A DNA stretch of 33,807 nucleotides from a virus (IMGVR_UViG_2695420701_000007:1-33807); one strand, 5' to 3'; shown: positions 25,688 to 33,599, numbered from the stretch's first letter. Notes: generated by a model not told the origin, from the sequence alone. Translations and numbers: made by a program.

Positions 25688-26214
25688 GCGTCAGCCCTCC
25701 ACTGCGACAACATCACGATGTGGGTGAAGGTGTACCGCCAGTAGGTTTCGTTTTTGGGGTTTTCTATGTGGCAGGTGTCCCGCATGAATGCAAAGAGTTC
25801 GTCGCGGGGATGGTTTTCAGGGTTAAAGCCGTCCCTGACGGCCACTTCATCGGTTATCTGGCGGCCCTGTATTACACCGATATCGGCAATGAAGGCCACG
25901 GCGAACGGCACGGTTTCGCCGTTCTTGTTTTCTGTGACCAGATGAATGTTGTCATACTGCCGGTAGGGCTGTCTTTTCAGGAGTCCGGCAAAGTCTGATG
26001 CGCGGGTAAATGTGGTTCCCTCCTCAAAAACCAGGGTACCGCCGGCGCTGTAATCGGGAAGAACGATGTTGCGGGTCAGGGTGTCTTCATGAAAATATTC
26101 TGCTGACTCCTGGCCCGCCTGGTAGCAATCAAACCCCGTCGGGCGAAGGGATGTGGTCTTGCGTCCGTTGCGGAATGCGTCAATAAAGCAGGGCTTAAAT
26201 TTCATCTGTAACAT
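25684..26214 (-). CDS. ASCH-like domain protein (176 aa)
   Basis: The N-terminus (KFKPCFIDAFRNGRKTTSLRP) resembles the ASCH signature. AAGAGGA lies 7 nt upstream of the ATG. Confidence 0.5.
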   Translation of the reverse strand: MLQMKFKPCFIDAFRNGRKTTSLRPTGFDCYQAGQESAEYFHEDTLTRNIVLPDYSAGGTLVFEEGTTFTRASDFAGLLKRQPYRQYDNIHLVTENKNGETVPFAVAFIADIGVIQGRQITDEVAVRDGFNPENHPRDELFAFMRDTCHIENPKNETYWRYTFTHIVMLSQWRADA

Positions 26215-26278
26215 CGTCTTATCCTCTTCACGTATTCGTTATGGTTAAGCAGTACCCATGTCCGGCCTTCGTCCAGAC

Positions 26279-26455
26279 TTAACAGCCGGTAACGGTACAT
26301 GACGTTGATGACGCGGGCGGTACCCGCTCCAGCCGTCGCACGTGTGACCGGTCCCCCTTCAGCAGGCGACGGTATGCCGCCCTTGCTGCCCGCTCCGGCT
26401 TTCCCCCTGGCTTCATCCGGTTTTTGCGGTGTCGCGCAGGGATAATCAGCTTCAT
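26279..26455 (-). CDS. Small Arg-rich protein (58 aa), below the ORF-track cutoff
   Basis: ATG at 26455 overlaps the stop of the 140-aa gene (ATGA). It fills an otherwise empty 237-bp gap. Sequence: MKLIIPARHRKNRMKPGGKPERAARAAYRRLLKGDRSHVRRLERVPPASSTSCTVTGC. Confidence 0.4.
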   Translation of the reverse strand: MKLIIPARHRKNRMKPGGKPERAARAAYRRLLKGDRSHVRRLERVPPASSTSCTVTGC

Positions 26456-26874
26456 TTGTCGGGGGTTATTTCCAGGTTTCTGGTCTTTACCCAGCGGTCT
26501 TCCTCGAAGGGGGAATCGAAACGGACGAAAACCCGGTCAATGGCGGGGCTACTGGTGCGGGTGTCAACGACCGTTCCGCGTTGCTGCGGACTGTTTTTCA
26601 GACATACGCGGGTCCCTTTGATGAATGTGGTGTGGCAGGTGTGTTCAGCACTTTCCTTTGCCGGGTCAGCTGCTGTCTGAAGGGTGGCAAGCTGATTTCT
26701 CAGACAGGTGTTTTCCTGTACCACCTGTTCAATTGCGTCTGCGGCGATAAGGTGAGGCTCCACTGACAGCACCATCATCGGGTTGTCAGTGTCAGCCATC
26801 ATTGCGGCGTAGTTGCGTAAAAACATTGCGCCCGCAAGGGCTTTATCTTTGAGGGTGAGTGTCGGATTAATCAT
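26452..26874 (-). CDS. Hypothetical protein (140 aa)
   Basis: ORF with AAGGGA upstream. No family recognised. Confidence 0.55.
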   Translation of the reverse strand: MINPTLTLKDKALAGAMFLRNYAAMMADTDNPMMVLSVEPHLIAADAIEQVVQENTCLRNQLATLQTAADPAKESAEHTCHTTFIKGTRVCLKNSPQQRGTVVDTRTSSPAIDRVFVRFDSPFEEDRWVKTRNLEITPDK

Positions 26875-26970
26875 TTTTATTTCCCTTATTCAGATTGTGC
26901 GAATCCCGCCGCGTGAGCGGTGTATTAACGAAACCGGTTAATTAACTAAAGAGGCGGCGTGCTTTACGCT

Positions 26971-27156
26971 CTACGTCTTCTTTGTGCTGAATGAATGCGT
27001 TGTATGCATCCCGTTTTTTTTCTGGCGACGTCTGTCGCGTATTTCCCGCCATGTATCAATAAGTGTCAGTATGCAGATGGCAAAAAACATTGCGGCTGCA
27101 ATCAGTGTGATAACAAATAACGACTCCGGTACACTGAATGAATAACTGAAATTCAT
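26971..27156 (-). CDS. Small single-pass membrane protein (61 aa)
   Basis: Hydrophobic core (LFVITLIAAAMFFAICILTLI) followed by a basic tail (REIRDRRRQKK). Confidence 0.5.
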   Translation of the reverse strand: MNFSYSFSVPESLFVITLIAAAMFFAICILTLIDTWREIRDRRRQKKNGMHTTHSFSTKKT

Positions 27157-27161
27157 CGTGA

Positions 27162-27404
27162 TTACTCCGTAATTATTGCGGGTTCGGGAACCATGCCATC
27201 CGTTAATTGTTTCGCCATCCGGTTAAGTTCTTTAAGGTCCTCGCTGGCTCCCGTATCTTTTGAACAAAACAGGGTGTTGCGGACGCTGAATATTCCGCAC
27301 TTCATTACTTCGAAGTGTGTTTTTCTGGCGCGGGGATTAATTTCGTTATCGAAGTAATATCCCTGCAGAAATTCGTTTACCTGTTCTGCTGTGTGTTTTC
27401 TCAT
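27162..27404 (-). CDS. Hypothetical protein (80 aa)
   Basis: ORF in the early operon. AT-rich. No family recognised. Confidence 0.5.
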   Translation of the reverse strand: MRKHTAEQVNEFLQGYYFDNEINPRARKTHFEVMKCGIFSVRNTLFCSKDTGASEDLKELNRMAKQLTDGMVPEPAIITE

Positions 27405-27445
27405 AACGGAGTCCTCGTTAAAAATAACCGGTGATAAACCCGCTG

Positions 27446-27796
27446 TTATAACTCAGCCTGTTTAATAAAATTTTCTCCGTAAAGAAGGCGATCAACTGTG
27501 CGTAGCGCTTCGTACAACGTGAAATCCTGCCCGAACTGATTGTCGCCGCAGCTCAGAGCAAAAATGCGGTTTCCGGTAAACGGATTGCGCGGGTATTTGT
27601 GGACCACTATTCCAGCTTTCTCAATCATCCAGGTATGCTCGCCAATTTGTTTTACTGTATGGCCATCTGGTGTTGCGTGCGTCTCGTTCAGGTTATAGCG
27701 ACTGTTACTACGTGATGCACTGGTAGCGACGTGGTGTACATGGCGTTCTACGCCATTACGAAATTTGGAGTATGGATTATTAGTGTTTTTTTTCAT
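27446..27796 (-). CDS. Hypothetical protein (116 aa)
   Basis: ORF in the early operon. No family recognised. Confidence 0.5.
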   Translation of the reverse strand: MKKNTNNPYSKFRNGVERHVHHVATSASRSNSRYNLNETHATPDGHTVKQIGEHTWMIEKAGIVVHKYPRNPFTGNRIFALSCGDNQFGQDFTLYEALRTVDRLLYGENFIKQAEL

Positions 27797-27817
27797 GATG
27801 ATGCTCTGTTCATTGTT

Positions 27818-28021
27818 TTAGCTGTTAGCCAAAGCGTCTTTTAACATCGCCACAAGGTTTACTTCAGGCTTTTCCATTTTGGCGCGTTTGGGGCGGATAA
27901 TAATTCGACCGTCAGCCAACATCTTTTTGCATGTATTAAGAGGGATACCTGTTATCTCTGCATATTTCTGCAGGGATACATAGGGGGCATTCACATTGAT
28001 ATTGATGGTTATACCTGACAT
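27818..28021 (-). CDS. Cox/excisionase-like small HTH protein (67 aa)
   Basis: YVSLQKYAEITGIPLNTCKKMLADGRIIIRP parallels the P2 Cox segment IPYQEFAKLIGKSTGAVRRMIDKGKLPV (from memory). It is the second gene of the early operon. Confidence 0.5.
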   Translation of the reverse strand: MSGITININVNAPYVSLQKYAEITGIPLNTCKKMLADGRIIIRPKRAKMEKPEVNLVAMLKDALANS

Positions 28022-28037
28022 CCCACTAACCTCCTGA

Positions 28038-28244
28038 TCAGGAAGATTTGTTTTGTTCTTTCTGGGTTAGCTCTAGGCCGCGAAGGAAGATCATGCGCGC
28101 CATGTTAGAGGATGAGCGTTGTTCTTTAGCTGCCATCTCATCAATAAAGGCGCGCTCCTCCGCTGACAGTCGAAGTGCCAGTCTTTGACCTGTGGCGGTG
28201 TTACGCGGAATGCGTGACTTGGTGTCGTGACTAACTTGATTCAT
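28038..28244 (-). CDS. Ribbon-helix-helix (Arc/CopG-like) regulator, first early gene (68 aa)
   Basis: RLALRLSAEERAFIDEMAAKEQRSSSNMARMIFLRGLE fits the RHH beta-alpha-alpha pattern. The gene is divergent from the repressor gene. Confidence 0.6.
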   Translation of the reverse strand: MNQVSHDTKSRIPRNTATGQRLALRLSAEERAFIDEMAAKEQRSSSNMARMIFLRGLELTQKEQNKSS

Positions 28245-28281
28245 AGTGGTACATTGTGATCATCTAATGGTTCGTGAAATT

Positions 28282-28310
28282 ACTTTAGGGAACAAAACTT
28301 CCTATGTCAA
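28282..28310 (-). promoter_or_regulatory. Early lytic promoter (near-consensus)
   Basis: On the minus strand: TTGACA (28310-28305), exactly 17 nt of spacer, then TAAAGT (28287-28282). The -35 overlaps the repressor ATG (28304-28306). Confidence 0.6.
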
Positions 28311-28717
28311 CAGAAAAAGAGGAACTAAGCGTCATTATTGGCCGTCGATTACGGGAGGAGCGAGAGAAAATTGGCATGACCCAAGATGATATGGCGTCGA
28401 TTTTTGAAGTTTCTACAAAGACTTGGGGGAAGTATGAAAGAGGGGTGACTACACCGGATGCAGTTATGTTGAATCTCTTGGGAGGGCGCTGCGGAGTAGA
28501 TGTCTATTACATACTTTCTGGTAGTCGTGCACATGGCATCCCTAATGCTACTGAAGATGAGATTGAGCTAATTAAAATATATCGTTCTGCACCTTTGGCT
28601 GTTAAGGCGGCAGCTTTGGCAGCCTTGACTGCTGGTAGTTTGTCTCTAGGTACAATAAGAGCTTCTGGCAAAGGCCATCGTATTGCAGGTCGTGACTATA
28701 ACGAAACGAAGGGTTAG
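28304..28717 (+). CDS. CI-like immunity repressor (XRE HTH, 137 aa)
   Basis: HTH segment (IGRRLREEREKIGMTQDDMASIFEVSTKTWGKYERGVTTPDAVMLNLL). Divergent from the early operon and reads toward int, as P2 C does. Confidence 0.75.
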   Translation: MSTEKEELSVIIGRRLREEREKIGMTQDDMASIFEVSTKTWGKYERGVTTPDAVMLNLLGGRCGVDVYYILSGSRAHGIPNATEDEIELIKIYRSAPLAVKAAALAALTAGSLSLGTIRASGKGHRIAGRDYNETKG

Positions 28718-28735
28718 TGATAGTAGGGAGGTGAC

Positions 28736-29383
28736 ATGGCTGTCAACTCAAACGGTTCAGACAATCGCGTTTCTGGGCGTGATTACCACGAAAAGAACAT
28801 TCGGATAGAGCGGTATGATGGTCGTCATACAGTCAACATTGCAATCCCTTCCTGTGGGGCTGATGAGCGCCCATTAGTCAAGGCTCAGCGCCATCAACTG
28901 AAGTTGTTGGTTGATAAGATTGTTGATGTCAGCAAGGAAGAATCGTTTGTTGTCTGGCGTAAACTTCATGCTGAAATCGGTGTTGATAGCATCGATAAGA
29001 TGACGGTGAATCAGTATCCAACCGCAATTAGCTTCCTCAATGCGATGCTTGACCGACATAAAGAGCGCGACGCCTGCAAATCACTTGTAAGTCTCCTTCT
29101 TCGCAATAGTGAGAATAATGAAGCTAGACAAAAACTTCTTCGATATTGTCATATCAATTTTGGAACAGGGCGCTTAAATGATCTTACTCGCTCTCAGCTT
29201 CAGATGGCTCTTTCATGGTTAGATCAGCAAACAACAGACTGTGAAAATAATTTGCCCTCAGATAATTCTAAATTTGTCGATAAACAATCGCGATTAGTGT
29301 TTCAGCAAATAATTAAAACATATCCAAAAGAAATGGGGGTATGTTTTGTTATTGGTGTTTTATTAGGCATGATTCTTTTCTGA
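28736..29383 (+). CDS. Membrane-anchored protein of unknown function co-transcribed with the repressor (215 aa)
   Basis: GGGAGG RBS 18 nt after the repressor stop. C-terminal TM helix (GVCFVIGVLLGMILF). The N-terminus repeats the repressor tail motif (RVSGRDYHE versus RIAGRDYNE). Confidence 0.65.
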   Translation: MAVNSNGSDNRVSGRDYHEKNIRIERYDGRHTVNIAIPSCGADERPLVKAQRHQLKLLVDKIVDVSKEESFVVWRKLHAEIGVDSIDKMTVNQYPTAISFLNAMLDRHKERDACKSLVSLLLRNSENNEARQKLLRYCHINFGTGRLNDLTRSQLQMALSWLDQQTTDCENNLPSDNSKFVDKQSRLVFQQIIKTYPKEMGVCFVIGVLLGMILF

Positions 29384-29588
29384 TAGATCGTTGTTGGAGA
29401 AATCAATTATGGCAAAAGCTTGCTTTAACGACTTTGAAAGAAATAAAAAAGATAAATTAAGCGAGCTGACAAAGGTGAGATAAGGGGGAGTGCAACTAGT
29501 AATGTAAAAAATGGTGTGAGTTACTTGTCATAGTCTTAAAGTGAAGTAATTCCTTGTTCACTAGGAAGTTCAAAGAGGTAAATGAATT

Positions 29589-29846
29589 ATGGTAACTAAT
29601 CCGCAAATTCCATTGACTGGCTTATATGTATCCAAAGTTAATCCATCTAATCGTATAGTTGTTACTGATGTTCATATTGTTTAGGATGATGACGATGAGC
29701 CAGGAGAGCTTCCTTTCTATTTGGTTACTTTTGTAAATGAGGGGGATGAGGATGATATGTTGGCTCCTTCTTGGGAGCTAGATCCTGAGGAATGGGAGCA
29801 GTTAGTTGATGAAGAGCGCTTTATGCGCGTGGAGCAACCATCTTAA
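29589..29846 (+). pseudogene. Small acidic ORF interrupted by an in-frame amber codon (29682-29684)
   Basis: MVTNPQIPLTGLYVSKVNPSNRIVVTDVHIV-TAG-DDDDEPGELPFYLVTFVNEGDEDDMLAPSWELDPEEWEQLVDEERFMRVEQPS-TAA. I checked the frame codon by codon. Confidence 0.5.
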
Positions 29847-29872
29847 TTTATCCTTGGTGTGCACTTTTTAAG

Positions 29873-30874
29873 ATGTCTGTTCGTAAATTACCTACTGGCA
29901 AATGGCTCTGTGAATGCTACCCCTACGGAGCAGCAGGAAAACGCATTCGTAAACAGTTTGTTACTAAGGGTGAGGCGCTCTCTTATGAGCGCCGTTTAAT
30001 GAACAGTAATTTGGGGAGCGAGTTTCAGGATGGTTCTGGCCCCCGCCTTTCCGAGTTGGTTGCTCGCTGGTTTGAGATGTACGGTAAGACACTGTCTTCC
30101 GGTGAAGAGCGAAGGGCTAAACTTGAGGCGATTTGCTCCCGGTTGGGGGATCCGCTTGCTTCTCAATTTGATAAAAACATGTTTGCCACCTACAGGGAAC
30201 GGCGATTATCAGGTGAATGGAATCCAAAGGGGAAGAGGAAGCTTAGCGAAGCAACCGTTAATCGTGAGCAGTCATATCTACATGCTGTTTTTGCCGAACT
30301 GAAGCGCCTTGGGGAGTGGTCTGGTGAAAACCCCTTAACTGGCATTCGCAAATTTCGTGAGGAAGAAAAGGAACTGGCGTTTCTGTATGTAGATGAGATT
30401 GAACGCCTTCTGATTGCGTGTGATGAGTCACGGAATAAAGATTTGGGGGTTGTTGTCCGTATTGGGCTTGCGACTGGTGCTCGGTGGAGTGAAGCAGAAG
30501 GATTAAAGCAATCTCAAGTACTGCCCGGTCGAATCACATTTGTTAAAACTAAAGGAAAGAAGAACCGCACTGTACCGATTTCACCTCAATTGCAGGCTAT
30601 GCTTCCTAAAAAACGAGGAGCGCTATTTTCACCATGTTATGAGGCTTTTGACGCTGCAATTAAGAGAGCGAAGATCGAGCTTCCTGATGGGCAATTAACT
30701 CATGTGCTACGTCACACGTTTGCCAGTCATTTTATGATGCGGGGCGGAAATATTCTTGTGTTGCAAAAAATACTGGGGCATAGCGATATAAAAATGACTA
30801 TGCGTTATGCGCATTTTGCTCCAGGTCATTTAGAGGCTGCTGTTGAATTGAACCCTTTTGACAATAGAGGGTAA
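29873..30874 (+). CDS. int: Tyrosine integrase (333 aa)
   Basis: ARWSE… and HVLRHTFASHFMMRGGNILVLQKILGHSDIKMTMRYAHF give the R…HxxR…Y catalytic signature. The gene abuts the att site. Confidence 0.92.
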   Translation: MSVRKLPTGKWLCECYPYGAAGKRIRKQFVTKGEALSYERRLMNSNLGSEFQDGSGPRLSELVARWFEMYGKTLSSGEERRAKLEAICSRLGDPLASQFDKNMFATYRERRLSGEWNPKGKRKLSEATVNREQSYLHAVFAELKRLGEWSGENPLTGIRKFREEEKELAFLYVDEIERLLIACDESRNKDLGVVVRIGLATGARWSEAEGLKQSQVLPGRITFVKTKGKKNRTVPISPQLQAMLPKKRGALFSPCYEAFDAAIKRAKIELPDGQLTHVLRHTFASHFMMRGGNILVLQKILGHSDIKMTMRYAHFAPGHLEAAVELNPFDNRG

Positions 30875-30901
30875 AAAGTGGCGATAAAAAGTGACAATAG
30901 A
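30859..30901 (+). repeat. Direct repeats, candidate Int arm-type sites
   Basis: TGACAATAGA occurs at 30859-30868 and 30892-30901, with a variant GTGGCGATAAA at 30878-30888. Confidence 0.45.
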
Positions 30902-30941
30902 TTCAAATGGCGTTGTATAGAGCTATTTTCAAAGTTAATAA

Positions 30942-30959
30942 AATCATAAGGTTATGATT
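30942..30959. repeat. 8-bp perfect inverted repeat in the att arm
   Basis: AATCATAA-GG-TTATGATT. Confidence 0.5.
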
Positions 30960-30980
30960 TATAAATGGTGGTTGATAGTT

Positions 30981-31035
30981 TTTAAAATCCCTCGGCGTTC
31001 GCGCTGTGCGGGTTCAAGTCCCGCTCCGGGTACCA
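30981..31035 (+). tRNA. leuZ: 3' 55 nt of tRNA-Leu(UAA) (leuZ-type) = attR core; not a complete tRNA gene
   Basis: TTTAAAATCCCTCGGCGTTCGCGCTGTGCGGGTTCAAGTCCCGCTCCGGGTACCA matches leuZ from the anticodon loop to the CCA end (from memory). The upstream sequence lacks the acceptor 5' strand (GCCCGGA) and the D-arm. Confidence 0.8.
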
Positions 31036-31077
31036 TGGGAAAGATAAGAATAAAATCAAAGTAATAAGCAGTGTCGT

Positions 31078-31102
31078 GAAACCACCTTCGGGTGGTTTTT
31101 TT
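31078..31102 (+). terminator. Intrinsic terminator after the tRNA
   Basis: AAACCACC-TTCG-GGTGGTTT followed by a T run. Confidence 0.8.
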
Positions 31103-31230
31103 GTGCCTGCAACTTGTCGTTACACCCTCCTTAATTTTTAATCACCGGCAAAGCCACTCAAAAAGTATCTCTGATACGGACCGGCATGTAAGATAGGTGC
31201 TGGCGAGTTGAGATCCACAAGGAAAAGCGT

Positions 31231-31896
31231 ATGAAAACGGGACCGTTAAACGAAAGTGAGTTGGAATGGCTGGACGATATTCTGACCAAATACAACACTA
31301 ACCACGCCATCCTTGATGTGGCGGAGCTGGACGGTTTATTGACGGCGGTGTTGAGTTCTCCGCAAGAGATTGAACCGGAACAGTGGCTGGTTGCCGTGTG
31401 GGGTGGGGCTGACTATGTGCCGCGCTGGGCGTCAGAGAAAGAGATGACGCGCTTTATGAACCTGGCTTTTCAACATATGGCCGATACCGCAGAGCGTCTG
31501 AACGAATTCCCGGAGCAGTTTGAGCCGTTATTCGGCTTGCGAGAAGTTGATGGCAGCGAGCTGACGATTGTTGAGGAGTGGTGCTTTGGCTATATGCGGG
31601 GCGTGGCACTTTCTGACTGGTCAACGTTGCCCGATTCGTTAAAACCAGCGCTGGAGGCGATTGCGCTGCACGGTACTGAGGAAAACTTCGAGCGGGTAGA
31701 AAAGATGTCGCCAGAAGCGTTTGAAGAGAGCGTAGATGCCATTCGACTGGCGGCGCTTGATCTACATGCGTACTGGATGGCGCATCCGCAGGAAAAAGCT
31801 GTTCAGCAACCGATCAAAGCAGAAGAGAAACCGGGGCGTAACGATCCTTGCCCGTGCGGTAGTGGTAAGAAATTTAAGCAGTGCTGCCTGCATTAA
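31231..31896 (+). CDS. yecA: SEC-C-motif protein YecA
   Basis: [22 protein letters not shown]… and the C-terminal [17 protein letters not shown] match E. coli YecA (from memory). Confidence 0.93.
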   Translation: MKTGPLNESELEWLDDILTKYNTNHAILDVAELDGLLTAVLSSPQEIEPEQWLVAVWGGADYVPRWASEKEMTRFMNLAFQHMADTAERLNEFPEQFEPLFGLREVDGSELTIVEEWCFGYMRGVALSDWSTLPDSLKPALEAIALHGTEENFERVEKMSPEAFEESVDAIRLAALDLHAYWMAHPQEKAVQQPIKAEEKPGRNDPCPCGSGKKFKQCCLH

Positions 31897-31904
31897 GAGG
31901 CCAA

Positions 31905-31936
31905 ATTGGGTGTCAGCGTTAATTCTGGCACCCAAT
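31905..31936. terminator. Hairpin between convergent yecA and tyrP
   Basis: ATTGGGTGTCAG-N8-CTGGCACCCAAT forms a 12-bp stem with one G-U pair. Confidence 0.5.
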
Positions 31937-31957
31937 AAGGAATTTGAGGCTATCTGA

Positions 31958-33169
31958 TCACCCCACTTCTGGTAACAACCCTGCCGCAATCAAAAATTGC
32001 ACGCCAATCACAGCAATACCACAGAGAAACACCACCACCAGCGCCGGACGACCACCTTTGACCCGGTAACCCGCCTGAGGATTGTGCTTTCTGCTTTGCC
32101 AGGTCAACAGCGAAGGGATAATCAATGCCAGTACCGCCAGCGCCACACCGGCGTAACCCAGCGCCATCACAAATCCTCGTGGATAAAACAGTGCAAACGC
32201 CAACGGCGGCAGAAAGGTAATTGCACCAGTTTGCAACCGTCCACCAACGGTATTTGAACGCTGAAATAAATCAGCCAGATAATCAAATAAGCCTAACGCA
32301 ACGCCGAGAAATGACGTGGCGAGGGCTAAATCAGCAAATAAATGCACTGCCAGCTCAACATGCGGAGAGGCCACCATTTCGCGTAACGCCTGTAACAGCC
32401 CGTTTAATCCAGCATGATTAGCCAGCAATCCCATAAAGGTTGTTGAATCAATGCTGCCAAGCGTTGCCACCTGCCAGAAAATATATGCCACCAGGGGGAT
32501 CGCACTACCGGTTATAAACACCCAGCGTAGCTTACGAACGTTGCCATCCATATAGCTGACAATACTCGGCACGCTACCGTGAAAACCAAATGAGGTAAAA
32601 ATCACCGGGATTGCTGACAGAGCCAGCCCCTGTTGCAACGGCAGGGTTAAAAGATTCACTTTGTGAATATGCGGTAGCAGCAATACCAGCATCACCACCA
32701 GAAAAATAATTTTGGCGCTGAACAGAAAACGGTTAAATAAATCGACCAGCGATGTTCCAACACAAACCACGCCACCGGCAACAAAAGTGAACAACAGCAC
32801 GCCAGCGGTTGCCGACATTGAAATACCTGTCCAGTCGCTGATGCTGGAGGCCAACAATTCACCGACACCGCTGATGTATGCCGCAGTCAGAGCATACATT
32901 AAGAACATCATACTGAAGCCCGTCAGCCATTGACCGTAGCGTCCCAGATAGCGTTTTGCCAGCGTGCCCAGACCGGTATCTGCCGGAACATGCTGGTACA
33001 CCTCCAGCAGTAATAGCGCCGTGTAGCACATCAACGCCCAAAGCCCAATCAACAAGATTAACGTAACGCTAAAACCAACACCGGCCGCAGCCAGCGGCAT
33101 TGCCAGCATGCCTGCGCCAATTGTGGTTCCCGCCACGATAAAAACACTTCCCAGGGTTCTGTTTTTCAC
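31958..33169 (-). CDS. tyrP: Tyrosine-specific transporter TyrP
   Basis: [33 protein letters not shown]… is a polytopic membrane protein matching E. coli TyrP (from memory). Confidence 0.95.
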   Translation of the reverse strand: MKNRTLGSVFIVAGTTIGAGMLAMPLAAAGVGFSVTLILLIGLWALMCYTALLLLEVYQHVPADTGLGTLAKRYLGRYGQWLTGFSMMFLMYALTAAYISGVGELLASSISDWTGISMSATAGVLLFTFVAGGVVCVGTSLVDLFNRFLFSAKIIFLVVMLVLLLPHIHKVNLLTLPLQQGLALSAIPVIFTSFGFHGSVPSIVSYMDGNVRKLRWVFITGSAIPLVAYIFWQVATLGSIDSTTFMGLLANHAGLNGLLQALREMVASPHVELAVHLFADLALATSFLGVALGLFDYLADLFQRSNTVGGRLQTGAITFLPPLAFALFYPRGFVMALGYAGVALAVLALIIPSLLTWQSRKHNPQAGYRVKGGRPALVVVFLCGIAVIGVQFLIAAGLLPEVG

Positions 33170-33237
33170 GCTTTCTTCTGTCCTGACGATCTTTATGAGT
33201 GATATCTGCGGCGCAGGTTAAGGCATAACGGCTGCTT

Positions 33238-33278
33238 CGTCAAACCGACGTTACATATAGTGTAAATATAAATGTACA
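33238..33278. promoter_or_regulatory. TyrR boxes upstream of tyrP
   Basis: Strong box TGTAAATATAAATGTACA (33261-33278) fits the consensus TGTAAA-N6-TTTACA. An adjacent weaker box is CGTCAAACCGACGTTACA (33238-33255). Confidence 0.65.
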
Positions 33279-33359
33279 ATAAAAAGCATTCAGTCCTGCG
33301 CTGGCGCAAAGTCTTCATAAGCGGCAATCGCTACGCTAGGCTTTTTTTGAGGAGGAACG

Positions 33360-33599
33360 ATGGACTCTATTCACGGTCATGAAGTGTTAAATATGATGAT
33401 TGAATCAGGCGAGCAATATACGCATGCCAGTCTGGAAGCTGCGATTAAAGCGCGTTTTGGTGAACAGGCACGTTTTCACACCTGCTCGGCAGAAGGGATG
33501 ACAGCGGGAGAGCTGGTAGCGTTTCTGGCAGCAAAAGGCAAATTTATACCTTCGAAAGACGGTTTTTCGACCGATCAGAGTAAGATTTGCCGTCACTGA
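33360..33599 (+). CDS. yecH: YecH (79 aa)
   Basis: MDSIHGHEVLNMMIESGEQYTHASLEAAIKARFGEQARFHTCSAEGMTAGELVAFL… matches E. coli YecH (from memory). Confidence 0.88.
   Translation: MDSIHGHEVLNMMIESGEQYTHASLEAAIKARFGEQARFHTCSAEGMTAGELVAFLAAKGKFIPSKDGFSTDQSKICRH

Larger units (their letters stand above)
1..31035. mobile_element. Integrated P2-family prophage, right-hand ~31 kb (left end outside window)
   Basis: P2-type head gene block: gpP/gpQ-like genes divergent from gpO-N-M-L-like genes. Also a gpA-type replication gene, a repressor/Cox-type switch and a tyrosine integrase. The element ends at a 55-nt tRNA-Leu 3' fragment (attR). Only host-type genes lie to the right of 31036. Confidence 0.9.

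Noticed and set aside
30961-31035. Complete tRNA gene next to int
   Set aside because: Only the 3' 55 nt match tRNA-Leu. The upstream bases cannot form the acceptor stem or D-arm, so this is the att core fragment.
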